This document shows positions 25,701 through 27,646 of a DNA stretch of 27,646 bases, piece by piece. The notes under the pieces are model-generated. The model saw only the letters and a list, made by a program, of their open reading frames with translations. It was not told the origin of the DNA and did no database searches. Source of the stretch: an uncultured Bacteroidaceae bacterium (GTDB lineage: Bacteria; Bacteroidota; Bacteroidia; Bacteroidales; Bacteroidaceae); contig CAZWPW010000001.1 of assembly GCA_964635525.1 (NCBI GenBank), forward strand, positions 1-27,646, given 5' to 3'. Positions within the stretch are counted from its first letter, which is position 1. Every line of letters begins with the position of its first letter. The position numbers and the translations under genes were made by a program.

Positions 25701-27646
25701 CGAAAGCACGGAAAAAGTGGGAGGAGACCTGTACATAAACCTCGGGGAAATATCGGAAGACGTACTCAAAGACGGATACAAATTCTACGAAAACGGCCTG
25801 CCAATAGATGGAGACTACTCTGACACCGAAGAAACAGTATGGGGAAGAGTGCCGACAGGACTCAGCATTGTATATGCCTTCGACAACACCTCCGGGGCAA
25901 GGGCATTACAAGATGTCGGGCTGAACGGCCTGAGCACAGAAGAAGAAAGGGAGTTCAGCACATACGCCGACTACCTGTCAAGCGTGCAGGCAATAGTCTC
26001 GCCGGATGTCTACCTCGAAAAATTCTACAACGACCCGGCAGGCGACAACTACCATTATTACAGGGGATCAGACTATGACGCGCAGGAACTCGGAATACTC
26101 GACCGCTACAAGTACTACACCGGAACGGAAGGAAACTCAACGGCATCAGAAGATTCACCCGAAAGCTATGACATATCATCGAAAAGCACACCCGACATAG
26201 AAGACATAAACCAAGACTATACGCTCAACGAAACAGAAAAATACTTCGAGTACAAAGTCGAATTGTACCCGCAATACATGAACGTAGGCGAAAACTACAT
26301 CACCGACATACGGACGGCAACGGTGACCCTGCGCAACGGAAGCCGGGAAGAAGTAAACTGGTACCAGTTCAGGATACCTTTGTCGGAAGGGACATCAGTG
26401 GGAAGCATAAGCGACTTCGAATCAATAAGGTTCATAAGGATGTACCTGACTAACTTCGCGCAACCCGTTGTGCTGCGCTTCGCATCGCTCGAACTCGTCA
26501 AGGGAGAATGGAGAACCTACGACCAAGGACTGCTAACCACATCCTCATCGGAAGAAGTAGGCTCTGGAACGCTCGAAGTATCATCGGTGAACATAGAAGA
26601 AAACGCCGAAAGAACACCAGTGAACTATGTGTTGCCGCCTGGAATATCACGCGTCATCGACCCAAGCCAACCGCAGCTCAGGCAGGACAACGAACAAGCG
26701 CTAAGCATCAAAGTCACCGACCTTGACGCAGGCGACGCAAGAGCGGTCTACAAGAAATGCAGCATAGACCTGAGAAACTACAAAAGGCTGCAAATGTTCA
26801 TACACGGAGAGGCGCTCGTCGACGACGATACAAACCTCCAAGACGATGAAGTATCGGTATTCATAAGGTTAGGGTCAGACTACAAAAGCAACTACTACGA
26901 ATACGAAGTGCCGCTGACAATAACACCCGAAGGAAACTACAGCAACGACACATCGGATGGACGGCTGGCAGTATGGCCTTCGGACAACATGATAGACATC
27001 GAATTCGATATATTCACAGACCTAAAAAAAGAACGCAACACAGCTAAAAACGAAGGGAACGCATCGTACACGGAAGTATACTACACCTACGACCCCGACA
27101 ACCCGGCAAACAAAGTCAGCGTGATGGGCAACCCGTCATTGGGAGCAGTAAAGACAATGATGATAGGCATACGCAACAACAGCCGCTCAAGGAAGTCTGT
27201 TGAAGTATGGGTCAATGAACTCAGAGTAAAGGAATTCAGCGAAGAAGGAGGATGGGCGGCAAAAGGAAACCTGAACCTCCAACTGTCCGACCTCGGGACA
27301 ATATCCGTCGCCGGGCACATGGAAACAGCAGGATTCGGAGGACTCGAGGAAAGCGTCAGCGAACGAAACCTCGACGACTACAGGGACTACACAATAACGG
27401 CAAGCCTCGAACTCGGCAAACTGCTGCCACCAAAGGTCAAACTGTCAGCACCGCTATACTTCTCTATGACCAAGGAGATAGTCATGCCGAAGTACAACCC
27501 CTTCGACCAAGACATGCTCATGGAAGACGTCTACGCAACGTACACCGACAAAAACCAAATAGACTCAATAAAAGACCTCGTGAATGAACGCTCAACAAGC
27601 AAAAACTTCAGCATCTCAAACCTCAGGTTCGACATAACAAGCAAAG
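22765..27646 (+). CDS. sprA: T9SS outer-membrane translocon SprA/Sov, 5' part (1627 codons, runs off the window)
   Basis: Not in the ORF track because no stop lies in the window. Hand translation from ATG 22765 gives MRKRHYGIFYLLFLFTAIGG (signal peptide), then WGFDFDEKINI, KYEGKEDEIIQLLEAG, FWDLMMKNVYS, SYIDDFES, EYLEFWLLDPF, GDNYHYYRGSDYD, RLGSDYKSNYYEYEVPL and WVNELRV. In frame at every point checked through to the window end. Confidence 0.93.
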   Translation, partial: MRKRHYGIFYLLFLFTAIGGSHICAHPLSSTQQEADSTSARYSVRKTYPETYQDLLTPTIDLKDPEGLVTEVVYDEKNNIYKVTTKVGSVPLGIPLYLTPEEYADWSLRMSMEQYYRSKNDEQLEGDKHNFDLMDMKFDLGPAEKIFGPGGVQIKTQGSAELQFGMTYRNTENPTQTESSRKNWGFDFDEKININVNGSVGDKINMNINYNTDATFDFDTQQMNLKYEGKEDEIIQLLEAGDVSMTTNNSLIRGATSLFGMRTDLQFGKLSVQAVVSQQRTESMSVSSDGGGQTKEFEITIDEYEENRHFFLGHFFRDNYDSNMSEIPNSVSGISITRIEVWVTNKRGNYDNPRNIIAFADLGEQSHIGNTYWLPSGTTAATNNGANTLYSEMVSSYSAARTISQAVTTLSAIPNFETGVDYEKIESARLLTSSEYTLNSSIGYLSLRTKLQSDEVLAVAYEYTYRGQRYQVGEFSSDIEDNNSALFLKLLKGTANTPGTTFWDLMMKNVYSLNAYEVQQDDFRLDILYQSDTAGTYLNYIPEGRINQEILLRVLNLDRLDNQNQNNPNGFFDFVEGYTIISSTGQVIFPVVEPFGSYLRSQFQNDAIADKYVYQELYDSTKTKAQQVAEKNKFVLKGQYQSLSGAEIYLDAMNIPQGSVIVTAGGVTLTENVDYTVDYTMGIVTILNQSILDAGTKINVNFESSSAYSMQRKTMVGVNLNYDISDDLQIGATIMHLNEKPLTTKVSIGDEPVANNMFGLNLAWKNESQFLTNLVSWLPGVNPTAKSTLNLTAEFAQLVPGKVRGLQDDASYIDDFESTEVGIDIRQPSYWMMASVPASFTEYSLSNNINYGKNRALMSWYYIDPMMVRRNSSIQPTHLRNDLDQLSNHYVREVYEEEVFPNRETTVGESSTLSILNVAYYPDERGPYNLDTDLTSDGKLNDPEKRFGAMMRKLDVTDFESSNIEYLEFWLLDPFIYSDESTEKVGGDLYINLGEISEDVLKDGYKFYENGLPIDGDYSDTEETVWGRVPTGLSIVYAFDNTSGARALQDVGLNGLSTEEEREFSTYADYLSSVQAIVSPDVYLEKFYNDPAGDNYHYYRGSDYDAQELGILDRYKYYTGTEGNSTASEDSPESYDISSKSTPDIEDINQDYTLNETEKYFEYKVELYPQYMNVGENYITDIRTATVTLRNGSREEVNWYQFRIPLSEGTSVGSISDFESIRFIRMYLTNFAQPVVLRFASLELVKGEWRTYDQGLLTTSSSEEVGSGTLEVSSVNIEENAERTPVNYVLPPGISRVIDPSQPQLRQDNEQALSIKVTDLDAGDARAVYKKCSIDLRNYKRLQMFIHGEALVDDDTNLQDDEVSVFIRLGSDYKSNYYEYEVPLTITPEGNYSNDTSDGRLAVWPSDNMIDIEFDIFTDLKKERNTAKNEGNASYTEVYYTYDPDNPANKVSVMGNPSLGAVKTMMIGIRNNSRSRKSVEVWVNELRVKEFSEEGGWAAKGNLNLQLSDLGTISVAGHMETAGFGGLEESVSERNLDDYRDYTITASLELGKLLPPKVKLSAPLYFSMTKEIVMPKYNPFDQDMLMEDVYATYTDKNQIDSIKDLVNERSTSKNFSISNLRFDITSK

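Overview
Chromosomal segment of a T9SS-positive Bacteroidota genome, most likely Bacteroidales. Evidence: a SusC/SusD pair, TAnnTTTG promoter boxes, a ruvA-sprA pair and a nadK/pdxJ-exbB-exbD-tonB cluster. Left to right: GT32 glycosyltransferase, lgt and ychF (all minus); TPR protein and riboflavin synthase; NAD kinase divergent from pdxJ-exbB-exbD-tonB; a densely palindromic intergenic region (about 9860-10120) with a perfect 40-bp palindrome; an orphan outer-membrane beta-barrel; an iron-sulfur flavoprotein and an Amidase_3 (minus). Next is a compact three-gene glycan locus (susC, susD and a 1234-aa multimodular GH85 endo-beta-N-acetylglucosaminidase with a T9SS C-terminal domain) closed by a strong terminator. 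It is followed by a 41/42-bp mosaic tandem repeat array, ruvA and the 5' part of sprA, which runs off the window and is absent from the ORF track. No rRNA, tRNA, transposase, integrase or CRISPR array was seen. The strongest leads are the regulator-less SusC/D plus T9SS-secreted GH85 unit beside the T9SS translocon gene, and two non-coding repeat elements with 21/42-bp periodicity. All family calls come from motif recognition by eye; no database search was run.
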